64,000 nucleotides of DNA from Eledone cirrhosa. Its lineage: Eukaryota. The DNA lies in NCBI GenBank assembly GCA_964016885.1, contig OZ024747.1:3844001-3908000 (forward strand). The letters run 5' to 3'. Below are positions 1 to 13,527 of the stretch, piece by piece. Both the position numbers and the translations under genes were made by a program. Position 1 is the stretch's first letter. Every line of letters starts with the position of its first letter. The notes beneath the pieces were generated by a model that saw nothing but the letters and a program-made list of their open reading frames with translations, had not been told where the DNA came from and did not search any database.

Positions 1-252
1 AACACACTTTTGGAAAAATTGATAAAAAATAAGAAGAGAATCTCTCAAATTTGCCAGAAATATTGACTTTGAAATCTTATTAAAATCATACATCCTTGTA
101 TGATTTAGACATTTTTTAAAACATCCTTTTATTCTTTATATATCTTATATATATACACATTATATATTTATCATATTATATATAGATAGATATACATACA
201 TGCAGAGGCATGTATGTATACACACATATCTCTTTCTTGCTGTATATGTATG

Positions 253-283
<31 letters not shown>

Positions 284-390
284 ATAGTGAGAGAGAAAGA
301 TACATACACACATGTATGTATATTGGTATGAATGTATATGGTGCTTCTGTGTTCTTTTTTAAAATAACTTCACTTGTGTGTTTGTATGTC

Positions 391-450
<60 letters not shown>

Positions 451-532
451 CAAATATATGTTTCATTTCATGTGTGTATATGGTCATCACACATATAATT
501 CACATATGTAGACCACTATTTTAAATGTGAAC

Positions 533-564
<32 letters not shown>

Positions 565-1335
565 GGTTGTTGCATGTGTGGGCATGATTTTGAAGAATTT
601 GCTAAAAAGACTTTATGTCCACACACACATGTACACACATATACATACCCATATATGCACACTCATATATACATACACACACATATATACATGCACACAC
701 ATACATATACATACATTTACATACACATATATATATATGTATACATATATCCCTTTATTTTACTTTTTAGAAAAATTGGTAAAAAAAAATTTAGGGATAG
801 AAATCTTTTACAGTATGAAGGGGAAAAAAATCAATAAGTCCTTTATCTTAGAATATTGTTCCTTATTTGACTGTAGAATGTAAATCCATACTTCTAGAAA
901 GAAAATATAACAATTAAGATATATAAAAAATATGAAAAAATATTTCACTTTTTCTCTTTCTCTCTTTTTCCATCTCATTATCTATCTTTATCTCTTTCAA
1001 ATTTTTTCCCCTTTTTCCATTATGTTTATTTTTTTACTTTTATTACTAAAAAAATATTTCCTTTCTTATTATATCTATTATTATTTATTTATTATTTATA
1101 TTTTTGATCATTCGATTTTTATTTTGGTGAGGGAAATATTTTTGTGGCAGTAATGTTGGTGTTTGAAGGGTGGGGAAGAAAGGATGGTTTCACTGATTCT
1201 ATTTTCTCGAATTTCTCCCTTAAAAAAATTATTTTCCGATATTTTTTTATTACAAATTCTTTTTATTATAATATATATATGTATATATATTTTTTTTCTG
1301 CTGAAAAGATATTAAAATTTTTCGTTGATCAAATG

Positions 1336-1722
1336 TGGCAGTGGTGGCGGTGGAGGTGGTGGTGGTGGTGGAGGTGGTGGCAGTGGTGGTGGTGGTGATG
1401 GTGCAGGTGGTGGTGGAGGTGGCGGTGGTGGCAGTGGTGGTGGTGGTGGTGGTAGTGGCAGTGGTGGTGGTGGTGATGGTGGAGGTGGTGGTGGTAGTGA
1501 TGGTGGAGGTGGTGGTGGTGGTGGTGGTGGTGGTGGTGGTGGTGGCGGCGGTGGTGGTGGTAGTGGTGATGGTGGTGTGGTGGTGGTGGTAGTGGCAGTG
1601 GTGGTGGTAGTGATGGTGGAGGTGGTGGTGGTGGTGGTGGTGGTGGCGGCGGTGGTGGTGGTGGTGATGGTGGTGGTAGTGGTGATGGTGGTGTGGTGGT
1701 GGTGGTGGTGGTGGTGGTGGCA
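1336..1722. repeat. (GGT)n-rich trinucleotide microsatellite
   Basis: Degenerate GGT/GGA/GAT run; it explains the poly-G, poly-V and poly-P ORFs. Confidence 0.95.
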
Positions 1723-2489
1723 GTGAAGCTGAAAGGGATGGTAGAATGGTATGTTGGTGGTGGATGAAATAAAAAAAAAAAAAGTCACTGCTATGTTCGA
1801 TAATGTAAACGCTGTGTCTATAATTCCAGTTTTATCTTATAAATTTAAGCAACAGCAGCATTCACAATATACATAAAATGAATACAAAATGATAGCAACA
1901 ACAACAACAATATTGTAATAATAATAATAATAATAATAATGATGATAATGATAATATGGATATATATAAAAATGAGAATTTCAAATGGTAAGAACAAGGC
2001 ATAAATCAACCCTTTTTAAAACATTAAATCATCCTCCACTATAAAAAATGCGCCCCCCCCCCCACCTCTCTTAAAAAATTTCTATCCCTTATCTAGAAAA
2101 ATCAACCTTATATACATATATACACACAATATATATATATATACACACAATATATATATACATATATACACACAATATATATATATATACACACAATATA
2201 TATATACATATATACACACAATATATATATCCTCTTCCTTATACTCCTATATTAACACATCCTCTCCTCAAATGCCTTTTTCACTTTCTTTCTATATTTC
2301 CACCCTTCATTTCAAACCCTAACACCATCACCCCAGCCCCCTCTTTTTCAATATTTCAACTGAGCCCTCTGTCCCTTCCTCCCTCTCCTCTCTCTCACTC
2401 TCTCTCTCTCTCTTTCTCTCTCTCCCCCTCCCTCACTCTCTCTCTGTCTTACTCTGAACTAATCCTTCATTTTATTTATCAATCCTTCC

Positions 2490-2890
2490 TAACACCAGCG
2501 TAACCATCACCACCACCACCACCACTAACACTGACACCACCACCACCACCACTAACTCTGACACCATAATCATCATCATCATCACCACCACCACCACCAC
2601 TAACACTGACACCACCACCACCACCACTAACTCTGACACCATAATCATCATCATCATCACCATCACCATCACCACTAACACTGACACCACCACCACCATC
2701 ACTAACACTGACATCACCACCACCACCACCACGACTAACATACATCATCATCATCATCATCACCACCACCACCATCACTAACACTGACACCACCACCACC
2801 ACCACCATCACTAACACTGACATCACCACCACCACCACCACTAACACTGACATCACCATCATCACCATCATCATCATCACCATCATTATC
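2490..2890. repeat. (CAC/CAT)n compound repeat with recurring ACTAACACTGAC spacer
   Basis: Direct reading of the sequence. Confidence 0.9.
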
Positions 2891-3211
2891 AACCTTAAAT
2901 TCCAACCAACTTCATTATTTTTTTTTTATATTCACACAATGTCACTAACTACACAAGCTCTCAGATCTACACACAGACACATACACATGTATATACATAT
3001 ATACACACACACATACACACATACACACATACATATATATATATATATACACTTACACTATCACACACCTGCATATACACACACAAACCTACAATTTCAA
3101 ATGTGTTTTTTTTTATTAGGAAGTTATATTCATTTTATTACATATATGTATAGTATGTAAATTTTTGTGTTTGTGTATATATATATATATGTATGTATGT
3201 ATGTGCTTGTG

Positions 3212-3244
<33 letters not shown>

Positions 3245-3887
3245 GCTTGTGTATATATATATATATAGTATGTGTTTGTGTGTTATGTTTTATATTGTTC
3301 AAATTCTTTATCGTTTCATTTTCGAAACTTTTATTTCATTTTCTATTTTCTTTTACTTTTGTAAATTTATTTCAATATTTTTTTCCCTATTTGCATGTTG
3401 TTGTTGTTGTTGTCAATCTTTTTTTTTTTAAAGTATATTTCTATTTTTTTTTTGTGTTACATGGTGTTATTTTTGTATTATTTTATTTATCTTTATCGAT
3501 AATACCGAGTTTGTTATAGATGCTGTTGATAAACTACTGGAAATATACAGTTTTTTCTTTCTACTGTTTGTGTACGTGTATACACTATTACATTAGATGT
3601 GTCTTGGAGTGAGAGGGGGGGGGAGGGGGAGAGGGGAGGGAGGGGGAAGTGAGAGAGAAGTAGGAATGAGACTTAGAGAGAGATAGGTGATGGGAATGGA
3701 AGAGAGTTAGAGAGAGAGGTAGAGAGGAGAATTGTGTGTGTGAGAGAGGAAGAGAGTAAGGAAGAATGAGAGAGAATGGTTAAGTCTGTCTCAAACAGAA
3801 GAAAACAGAAAGGTTCTGTTGTCTTCCTTTTTGGAACCACAAATGAGTTTCTCATTGTTTGAGGCAGACTCTAAACTCCAAATGTAG

Positions 3888-4265
3888 ACATACATACATA
3901 TATATACCTACATATATACATACATACATGCATACATACATACATATATATATATATATACATACATACATATATATATACATACATATATATATACATA
4001 TATACATACATACATATAGATATACATACATATATATACCTACATATATACATACATATATATATACATACATATATATATATACTAATATACATACATA
4101 CATATATATATACATATATATATATATATACATACATACATACATATATACATATATACATATAAACATACATACATACATATATACATATATACATACA
4201 TATATACATATATACATATATACATACATACATATATACATACATATATACATACCTACATATAA

Positions 4266-4330
<65 letters not shown>

Positions 4331-4370
4331 CATCATACATACTTATATTCACACACATATACATATATAC
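3888..4370. repeat. (TA)n/(TACA)n microsatellite, representative of many similar tracts in the window
   Basis: Direct reading; source of the YIYI/HTHT ORFs. Confidence 0.95.
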
Positions 4371-5174
4371 ACGTGTACATACACCTCCGCACACATATAT
4401 ATATAGAGAGAGAGATATATATACACACATGCACACAGACGTGCACTGACATTCACAACACACACTGACTCACACCCTCTCTTATCATCTCCCTCTCTCT
4501 CTCTCTCTCCCTCTCTGTTATGTCCATAACAACACAAACCAAGCCACATTTAACAGCAATCCCTCTCACTGGCAGCACACATCAGCAGCCAACCATCCAA
4601 CCAACCAGCCAGCATTGGCTGACTGTAGAGTAAGCTTTACACAAGGATACACTCCGTTCATATAAGCAACTTAGAGAAATAAAAGGAAATCTTCTGCCAG
4701 TACAAGAATCTGTAAGTGTTGCCTTTATAACTTTGCTATAGAAATTCTTTAAAAAATCAACAAAAAGCAGAAACAAAAGCAACAACAACATAAAGAAAAC
4801 AACAAAAGCAACAACAACAACATAAACAAAACAACAAAAGCAACAACAACATAAACAAAACAACAAAAGCAACAACAACAACATAAAGAAAACAACAAAA
4901 GCAACAACAACAACATAAACAAAACAACAAAAGCAACAACAACCAGACAGAAACAAGCAATAACAACAATAACAACAACAGCAACAACAACATGTAGTTC
5001 TGGGCACTATGAAACCAGTTTTAGAGTAAGTTTAAACAAATAACCACAAAGAAAATACAAAATTTTACAGACACAAGCTAAGGTTAACGACACACACATA
5101 CATATATATACATATATACACACATACATATATACATATATACATATATACATACTTAAATATATGTGTATTTG

Positions 5175-5212
<38 letters not shown>

Positions 5213-5675
5213 CATATATACATACCTAAATATATATATGTACACACACACACACATATATACATATATACATATATACATATATACATACCTAAATATA
5301 TATATGTACACACACACACACACATATATACATATATACATATATACATATATACATACCTAAATATATGTGTATTTGTATATATACACACACACACACA
5401 TATATACATATATACATAACTAAATATATATATGTACACACACACACATATATACATATATACATATATACATATATACATACCTAAATATATATATATA
5501 TATATATGTACATATATATATATGTATATATACATATGTACTTTTGAATGATACTTAGTTTTCAAATATCAACAGAAATACCTGTGTGGGTGAGTGTATG
5601 AGTATGTGTGTATGTGTCATGCTATGTATATGTATGTGAACACGCATACACACATACATATATACAGACTCACAT

Positions 5676-5736
<61 letters not shown>

Positions 5737-5868
5737 CATAAATGTATTTACATATTTTCATGTATACATAACTGCATGTGTGTATGTTTATGTGGAGAGA
5801 GAAAAAGTAAGAAAAATAAACATTTTTGTTTGTATATATTCTATCTATCTATCTATCTATCTATCTAT

Positions 5869-6590
5869 TGGCACCAATCCGATTGACCACCAAGTCCATT
5901 GTCATGATCAAACCACCACCCTCCTTCAAAAACGGTTTTCCTTTGTGTGATGGCTATGGCGAAAGAGGTTGTATGGTGGACAAGGTTGAAAGGGCTGAGG
6001 TCAGACACCTTTCTCTCCGGCCAACAACTGATTCTTTTTTTCAAATACCACTTTGGAAGAAGAATCAGGATGGAAAGAGAGGTGCTGTACCCCAGCAAGT
6101 TTTATGAAAGGTGGGTGAAAGTGGCGAGAATGGCCCGAGTGAATGGGCCTTCTCTCTATATCAGCCTGTAGGTTGAGGAAAAAGAGGAAGAGAGGAAAGG
6201 GGTACAAACTCTTCGTACTCCTGGAGATGAGGGTTGCACATTTTTTCGGGGGTATGTGTTACCCATATGTAATGTCTCCCCCTATTGGGGAAAATCGACT
6301 AATTTTTTAAATTGCATTTGTGATAATATTTTACACGTTTTTATTGTATGTAAACTTCCCCCTTTGTATTTGTCCCCTTCTTGTGTGCCCCTGTGGCTAA
6401 TAAAGAAACATATCTATCTATCTATCTATATTTTTTCGGGGTGTGTACAACCCCTGTATGACACCTCCCCCTATTGGGGATTTCAATTGTTATTTGTTAT
6501 TGTATTAATAGTTTTATTTTCATATACCTGTATGTAAACTCCCCATTTGTATTTGTCCCCTTCTTTTGTGCCCTTGTGGCTAATAAAGAA
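5869..6590 (+). mobile_element. 5'-truncated L1/Tx1-like non-LTR retrotransposon 3' end, followed by a second related 3' UTR copy, within a (TCTA)n tract
   Basis: Non-repetitive peptide MAMAKEVVWWTRLKGL...FFKYH...ERWVKVARM (5947-6171) resembles Tx1/L1 ORF2 C-termini. 3' UTRs at 6241-6410 and 6431-6590 both end in AATAAAGAAA followed by (TCTA)n, and (TCTA)n also lies on the 5' side. Confidence 0.6.
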
Positions 6591-6934
6591 ATTTATCTAT
6601 CTATCTATCTATCTATATCTACCTATCTCTCTATCTATTTATCTATCTATCTCTCTCCATCTACCTATCTCTCTATATATCTATCTATCTATCTATCTAT
6701 CTCTCTATATATCTATCTATCTCTCTATCTATTTATCTATCTATTTACCTTTTCTTTCTTATATACACATACAGAAATATGAGTATGTATATGAACATAT
6801 ATATATATGTATGTATATATATACATATATATATGTATGTATATCAACAGATATATATATGTGTGTATATGTACGGATATATATGTGTGTGTGTTATAAA
6901 CAGCATATAACTGTATGTATATGAACATACAGAT

Positions 6935-6984
<50 letters not shown>

Positions 6985-7174
6985 GTATTAGTGTGTTGTG
7001 TGTGTGGTATTAGTGTGTTGTATGTGTGGTATTAGTGTGTGTGTGTGTGTGGTATTAGTGTGTGTGTGGTATTAGTGTGTTAGAAGGTGGGGAGAGGAGC
7101 CATATATATTTGTGAAACAATCAACTGATTTTAGCGACAGTTTTATTGAAGTTCACTCACATACAATGGAAAAT

Positions 7175-7962
7175 GGTGTGGTGTTGTGTGGTGGTGTTGT
7201 ATGGTGTGGTGTGGTGTGGTGTAGTGTGGTGTAGTGTAGTGTGGTGTGGTGTGGTGTAGTGTAGTGTGGTGTGGTGTGGTGTGGTGTTGTGTGGTGTGGT
7301 GTGTAGTGTGGTGTGGTGTAGTGTGTAGTGTGGTGTGTAGTGTGGTGTTGTGTGGTGTGGTGTGGTGTGTAGTGTGGTGTGGTATGGTGTAGTGTGTAGT
7401 GTGGTGTGTAGTGTGGTGTTGTGTGGTGTGGTGTAGTGGTGTGGTGTGGTGTTGTGTGGTGTGTAGTGTGGTGTGGTGTAGTGTGGTGTAGTGTGTAGTG
7501 TGGTGTGGTGTGTAGTGTGGTGTGTGTAGTGTTGTGTCGTGTGATGTGGTGTTGTGTGGTGTGTAGTGTGGTGTGGTGTGGTGTGGTGTGGTGTGGTGTG
7601 GCATGGTGTAGTGTGTAGTGTGGTGTGGTGTGGTGTAGTGTGGTGTGGTGTTGTGTGGTGTGTAGTGTGGTGTGGTGTGGTGTGGTGTAGTGTGTTGTAG
7701 TGTGGTGTGGTATTGTGTGGCGTGTGGTGTGGTGTGGTGTAGTGTGGTGTAGTGTAGTGTGGTGTGTTGTGCGGTGTGGTGTGGTGTTGTGTGGTGTAGT
7801 GTGGTGTAGTGTGTAGTGTGGTGTGGTGTGGTGTGGTGTGGTGGTGTGGTGTAGTGTTGTGGTGTGGTGTGGTGTGGTGGTGTGGTGTGGTGTTGTGGTG
7901 TGATGTGGTGTGGTGTGGTGGTGTGGTGTGGTGTTGTGGTGTTGTGGTGTGGTGTGGTGTAG
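7175..7962. repeat. (GTGTG/GTGTA)n pentanucleotide satellite
   Basis: Direct reading. Confidence 0.95.
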
Positions 7963-8833
7963 TACAGTGCAGTTTAATATAGACTAGTGTAATATAAAAT
8001 AACTTATTACAGTGTCCTTGTCTAGCCCCATGTCAGCCTTAATAGAGCAAAACTATGACTACAGACAGTCTAGCCATGACCATCCTGTCTTTATATCTAG
8101 AGACTGTGTAGCTCACTCTCAACTACATTATCTAATGTGTCCATCTCTCAACTTGTAGAAAGGATTTGGAGGATAATTGACTACTATTTCTAACACAGAA
8201 TCTCCTGTGCTGTGTGGTGTAATGTTTTGTGTTTATAGTAGAGTTTGTTTATAATGTAGTGTAGAAGAGATGAAGACACTTTAGTTCAATGTAAGGTGAA
8301 AGAGATGTTGTTGTTGTTGTTATTGTTGTTATTGTTGTTATTGTTGTTATTGTTGTTATTGTTGTTATTGTTGTTGTTGTTTAACCCTAGGCCAAGCTTG
8401 ATTAAGAAGATGTTCATGAAAGATGCTCCAAACGTTGATATCTTCTCTTATTTTCAACACCAAATTATCAAAGTTTATCCTAATTTTGCACATGGCTGTG
8501 TGTGAATTGATAGATAGTTGACTGTTGCATCTAGCAAGTCAAGCAATGTCATACATGTGGATAGATATTCAATAGAGTAGGTAAAAAATCCCTTTAGAAA
8601 ACTCACATTACATCTTTTCCCCCTCTCCCCCATTAATATATCATCAATTTATACCCTTAATCCGACCATACTAGGTGGAAGGGGTAAGCCAGCAGGGGTA
8701 GGCCTATGATTTGAGTGGGTAAGACACTCTCCTCATATTATATTTTATTCTGTTATTTGTAAGTATACCAAGTACACTACATGTATATATACACCAATAT
8801 CACATACATAAACCATTACTATTTATCTGATTA

Positions 8834-9144
8834 ATCCCACCGAGGTTAACTTTGCCTTTCATCCTTACGGGATCAATAAAATATAGTACCAGTAATGCAC
8901 TGGGTAATTGCTGGCCTTGTGCCAAAAGTAGAAACAATTATTTCTTTCAATATATATAAGGGCGGTGGATTGGCAGTATCGGTAGAGGGTCGGACACCAT
9001 GCTTTGACGCATAGAGTTTCCATTTTGAGTTCAAATCCCACCGAGCTTAACTTTGCCTTTCATCCTTACGGGGTCAATAAAATAATGTATCAGTAATACA
9101 CTGGGATAATTGCTGGCCTTGGGCCAAAAGTAGAAACAATTATT
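8834..9144 (+). mobile_element. tRNA-derived SINE with Meta-domain-like core: partial copy 8834-8942 plus full copy 8960-9144
   Basis: Head GGTGGATTGGCAGTATCGGTAGAG, B-box GAGTTCAAATCC, core GCCTTTCATCCTTACGGGGTCAATAAAATA..TACCAG, tail GCCAAAAGTAGAAACAATTATT; more than 10 dispersed copies in the window. Confidence 0.85.
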
Positions 9145-9299
9145 TCTTTAAATATTTTATAAATTCTCTGATGACACAATAATGAGCATAACTAATATCT
9201 ACTTCCTTGAGTGAATGCTCAGATTATAATATATAGATAAACTTATAGATAAATAATGGCTCTTAAGAAAGGTTTCTCACTATTTTTTTGTTTTTTCAC

Positions 9300-9613
9300 C
9301 CCTTCTCTGTAAAGTTATGTCGGTACCACAACATCCAGTCCAAAGTAATGAAGCCGTGTAGGTGTCACAACAAACAACAAAAAAACACACAGTCCACGCT
9401 GTAATGTGGCCGTGTAGGTAACATGGTAAAAAACTCCCAGTCCACACTGTAAACGTTGTTGGTGTTAGGAAGGGCATCCAGCCGTAGAAAACCTGCCAGA
9501 CAGTCCCATACGAGCAAGACACGATGACCTGGCCAATCTTGCCTCAAGTGGGACAATTCCCGTCTAACCCATGCTAGCATGGAAGATAGATGTTAAATGA
9601 TGATGATGATGAT
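9300..9613 (+). mobile_element. RTE LINE 3' UTR fragment with (GAT)n tail
   Basis: Matches the reverse complement of 38015-38340 (GGTGTTAGGAAGGGCATCCAGCCGTAGAAAACCTGCC...AACCCATGCTAGCATGGAAG...TGATGAT). Confidence 0.8.
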
Positions 9614-9928
9614 GTTTGCTGTTTATTTTTGTACAAATATTTGTTACAGGGATAAAATATCTTAATTTTCATCTTGGCTGTTAAAGCATTGTTGTCTATG
9701 AGCTCTGTACTATTGCACTGTAGCTTGTCAGATTTATTTGAAGTTTCATTCCTAAATACTTCTATGGATTATACCTATGATGATTGGACTTACCTTGTTG
9801 ATTGTGGAAATACTTTCAGCTTTGAAACTTTAATGGCATAATTCCTCTTTTACCTGAGCATTTACCCTTGTGATATATATATATATATATGTATATATAA
9901 ATATACATATATATGTGTGTATATATAT

Positions 9929-9986
<58 letters not shown>

Positions 9987-10003
9987 ATGTGTATGCATGT
10001 ATG

Positions 10004-10051
<48 letters not shown>

Positions 10052-10799
10052 CATAAGCATCATCTTCACTATTTAACATTGATTTTTCTGAACTAGCATG
10101 GGTTAGACGAGTTGTCCTGTTGTGAGAAATGCCTGGTCAGGTGATCATATCTTGCTCTTACAGAACTGATTTTTTTTTGGCTTGGTTTCTATAGCTGCAT
10201 GCTCTTCCTAATGCCGAATATTCTCTCTCTCTCTCTCCCTCTCTCTCTCCCTCTCTCTCTCTCTGTTTCTCCCCCCCCCTCTCTCTCTCTCTCACTCTCT
10301 CTATGTGATGACCATAGCAATTTATTTTAACGCTCAGCTGGGCTTTTTAGTTTTAGGATAGTTAGAAATTTTACATTTAATCCCTGTATGTATAAGGTTT
10401 CAATTGCAATTAGTTGTAGCAAGATAACTCTGATATGTAACATTTGGGGGATTTGCTGTAAATTGTAATATTTTGTGTATGAGAGTTCCCCACCAAACCT
10501 AAAGTGACCCAAGCCCTCCAACATCTAAATCAGACCACTCTGCTGCCATTTGGGAGAGAAGGGGATGGAAGTAAATACTGTTAAATTATTTAGTTTGGTG
10601 CTCTACCACCTCACACTGTAAAACACCTACAATCTACAAAGTTGAAACTGAGCCATTGAGGAAGCCACTTTGTGATCCACTGACATGCTAGAAATAACAG
10701 TACAATGTCCTTCAAATCACAACTTGCTATCTTTCTACAAAGGACTAACCCAGGGCCAGGGCTAAACAACAGAAACAACAACAACAAAGTTGTGCCAGC

Positions 10800-10837
<38 letters not shown>

Positions 10838-10839
<2 letters not shown>

Positions 10840-10921
10840 GTACATATATATATGTGTGCATGTATGTATATATATATACATACTACTGTACGTCTGTATA
10901 CATATATGTATGTACATATAC

Positions 10922-10983
<62 letters not shown>

Positions 10984-11335
10984 GTACATACATATATGTA
11001 TACAGACGAACAGTAGTATGTATATATATATATATATACATACATGCACACATATATATATATATGTACGTATGGATTCACCAAACATTTATTATAATGC
11101 TCGGTGTGTTTGTAAACAAACATCCCGTATTAAGCCGTAGTGTTTACAAACACACCGAGCATTATAATAAATGTTTGGTGAATCCATACGTACATATATA
11201 TATATATGTGTGCATGTATGTATATATATATATACTACTGTACATCTGTATACATATATGTATGTACATATACATACTTATATTTAAGTAGCAGCTGTAC
11301 TAAGAGTGGGAAATGAAATTTTGTTTCATTTTTTC
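10838..11335. mobile_element. Fold-back (palindromic) element in (TA)n; same family as 33703-34302
   Basis: Arms ~10975-11118 and 11141-~11280 are reverse complements around a 22-nt spacer; a further partial arm lies at 10838-10925. Confidence 0.75.
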
Positions 11336-11336
11336 T

Positions 11337-11373
<37 letters not shown>

Positions 11374-11659
11374 TGTATATATATGTATATATATATATAT
11401 ATGATATGTATATGTATATATATATATATATTAGGATTGGTGCTCTGAAATAGCGATGTATATATGAATGTATCATCATCATCATCATCATCACCGTTTT
11501 ACGTCCGTTCTTCCACGCTAGCATGGGTTAGACGGTATGTATAATATATTTGGCAATATACCGTATGTTTAATTAAAAACATTTTGAAGACCTTGCACTA
11601 TCATTTTAAAGTAGTGACTATGTCACTTACTTCTTTTTTTGGCAAAGAAAGGGAGAGAA

Positions 11660-11703
11660 GCTGACAGATTCTGTTTCACGCTGTTGTTGGCGATCCTCAG
11701 AGC
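11660..11703 (-). ncRNA. Minimal type I hammerhead ribozyme motif
   Basis: Minus strand reads GCT-CTGAGGA-T-CGC-caacaaca-GCG-T-GAAA-CAG-aat-CTG-TC-AGC. Conserved core CUGANGA/GAAA, GUC site, stems I, II and III can all pair; 10.1-11.1 is a U-U mismatch. Confidence 0.7.
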
Positions 11704-11975
11704 ATCCTTTGTCGCAAATTATAGAGGCTGGATTCTTATAGAATTCCAGTAATAATCAGGAACTTATTATACAGAACGGTTGCCGGTCAAGCATACGGTA
11801 TATTGCCAAATATACTATACATACATTTATGTATACATCGCTATTTCAGAGCATCAATCCTAATTTTTTATTTTTACTGGACCGGCAACCGCTCTGTATA
11901 ATCAGTTCCTGATTATTACTGGAATTCTATAAGAATCCAGCCTCTATAATTTGCGGCAAAGGCGGGGAATACGAT

Positions 11976-12016
11976 GCTCTGAGGATCGCCAATAGTGTGA
12001 AAAAGAATCTGTCAGC
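11976..12016 (+). ncRNA. Degenerate hammerhead motif (second copy; C15.2 to A)
   Basis: GCT-CTGAGGA-TCGC-caata-GTGT-GAAA-AAGAATCTG-TC-AGC. Confidence 0.5.
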
Positions 12017-12261
12017 TTCTCTCCTTTCTTTTGCTGAAAAAAGAAGTAAGTGACATAGTCACTACTTTAAAAATGATAGCGCAAGGTCTTCAAAATGTTT
12101 TTAATTAAACATACAGTGTATTGCCAAATATACTATACATATATTCATATATACATCGCTATTTCAGAGCACCAATCCTAATTGTTAATTATTGCAGTTC
12201 CTGATTATTACTGGAATTCTATATTGCCAAATATACTATACATACATTTATATATATATAT

Positions 12262-12708
12262 TGTCACTCGACCAAGATCTTTGGCGCTATGCAGTAATAC
12301 AGAAGACCCGCCTTGCCTAAGTGCAAAGCGAAACCTACAGTCAAGTAGGCACCTCTTAACCAAAAATACACCCCCATCCCACTACCTTTACCCCCACCCC
12401 TTTCTCTGTAAAGTTATGTTGATACCACAACATCCGGTCCTAAATAAATGAGGTCATGTAGGTGTCATGACAAAAAAACACACGGTCCATGCTGTAATGT
12501 GGCCGTGTAGGTAACACGGTAAAAACCTCCCAGTCCACACTGTAAACGTGGTTGGTGTTAGGAAGGGCATCCAGCCGTAGAAAACCTGCCAGACAGTCCT
12601 GAGCAAGACAACCAATCTTGCCTCAAGTGGGAAAATTCCCGTCCAAACCCATGCAAGCGTGGAAAATAGACGTTAAATAAATGATGATTATGATGATGAT
12701 GATGATGA
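12262..12708 (+). mobile_element. 5'-truncated RTE LINE (last codons plus 3' UTR, (GAT)n tail) in (TA)n
   Basis: Colinear with the reverse complement of 38015-38485. Confidence 0.85.
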
Positions 12709-12732
12709 TATATATATATATATATTGTCTGA

Positions 12733-12813
12733 GCGCCTGAGGAGTCAGTTATGAAGAGGCTTCTCTACTAGACACTGGTGACCATAACTGAACCCCAAAA
12801 CCAAAGGTCGCGC
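12733..12813 (+). ncRNA. Hammerhead ribozyme motif with a G12 to A change, inside a ~120-bp insert in (TA)n
   Basis: GCGC-CTGAGGA-G-TCAGTTATG...CATAACTGA-accc-C-AAAA-CC-aaa-GG-TC-GCGC. Stem I GCGC/GCGC, 9-bp stem II extension, stem III ACC/GGT, GUC site; CGAAA is replaced by CAAAA. Confidence 0.55.
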
Positions 12814-12949
12814 ATACATGTTAAGTGTATGGAACTTTATTTATCCTATATATATATATATATATATGCATACATATACATACATCTATACACTTGGGCA
12901 CCATGAATATATAATGACTGCTTATTTCCACACACACATATATATATAA

Positions 12950-13010
<61 letters not shown>

Positions 13011-13017
13011 GATATAG

Positions 13018-13104
<87 letters not shown>

Positions 13105-13415
13105 GATATAGATATATACATACATCTATATACACATACAATCATGGGCATCATGAATATATAATGCCTGTTTTACCATATATATATATATGTCAAGTGT
13201 CAACCACTTTATGGTAGACTTGTTGGGGAAATGATAATTTGATATCTCTTCCACCCACCCCCCTCTCTCTCTCTCACACACACACACATATATGCACACA
13301 CACACGCACACAGATGCACATACACGCATACAGTGTTGACATGCAGGTCAATGGTCAATCTATCTTCAGTCAATAAAAACAGCTATCTATCTGTCAGTTT
13401 ATCTCTTTGTCTATC

Positions 13416-13468
<53 letters not shown>

Positions 13469-13527
13469 GACTATCTATCTATCTATCCCCCCTATTGGTG
13501 ATTTAGATTGTAAATGTGTTTGTTTTA

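Larger units (their letters stand above)
11430..12252. mobile_element. Hammerhead-containing ~318-bp unit element (retrozyme / Penelope pLTR-like): inverted copy followed by a tandem 1.2x copy
   Basis: 11430-11789 is the reverse complement of 11880-12183. CATCGCTATTTCAGAGC recurs at 11836 and 12154 (period 318). One hammerhead motif per unit; flanked by (TA)n. Confidence 0.7.

Noticed and set aside
1312-1788. Gly-rich or Pro-rich ORFs
   Set aside because: (GGT)n microsatellite.
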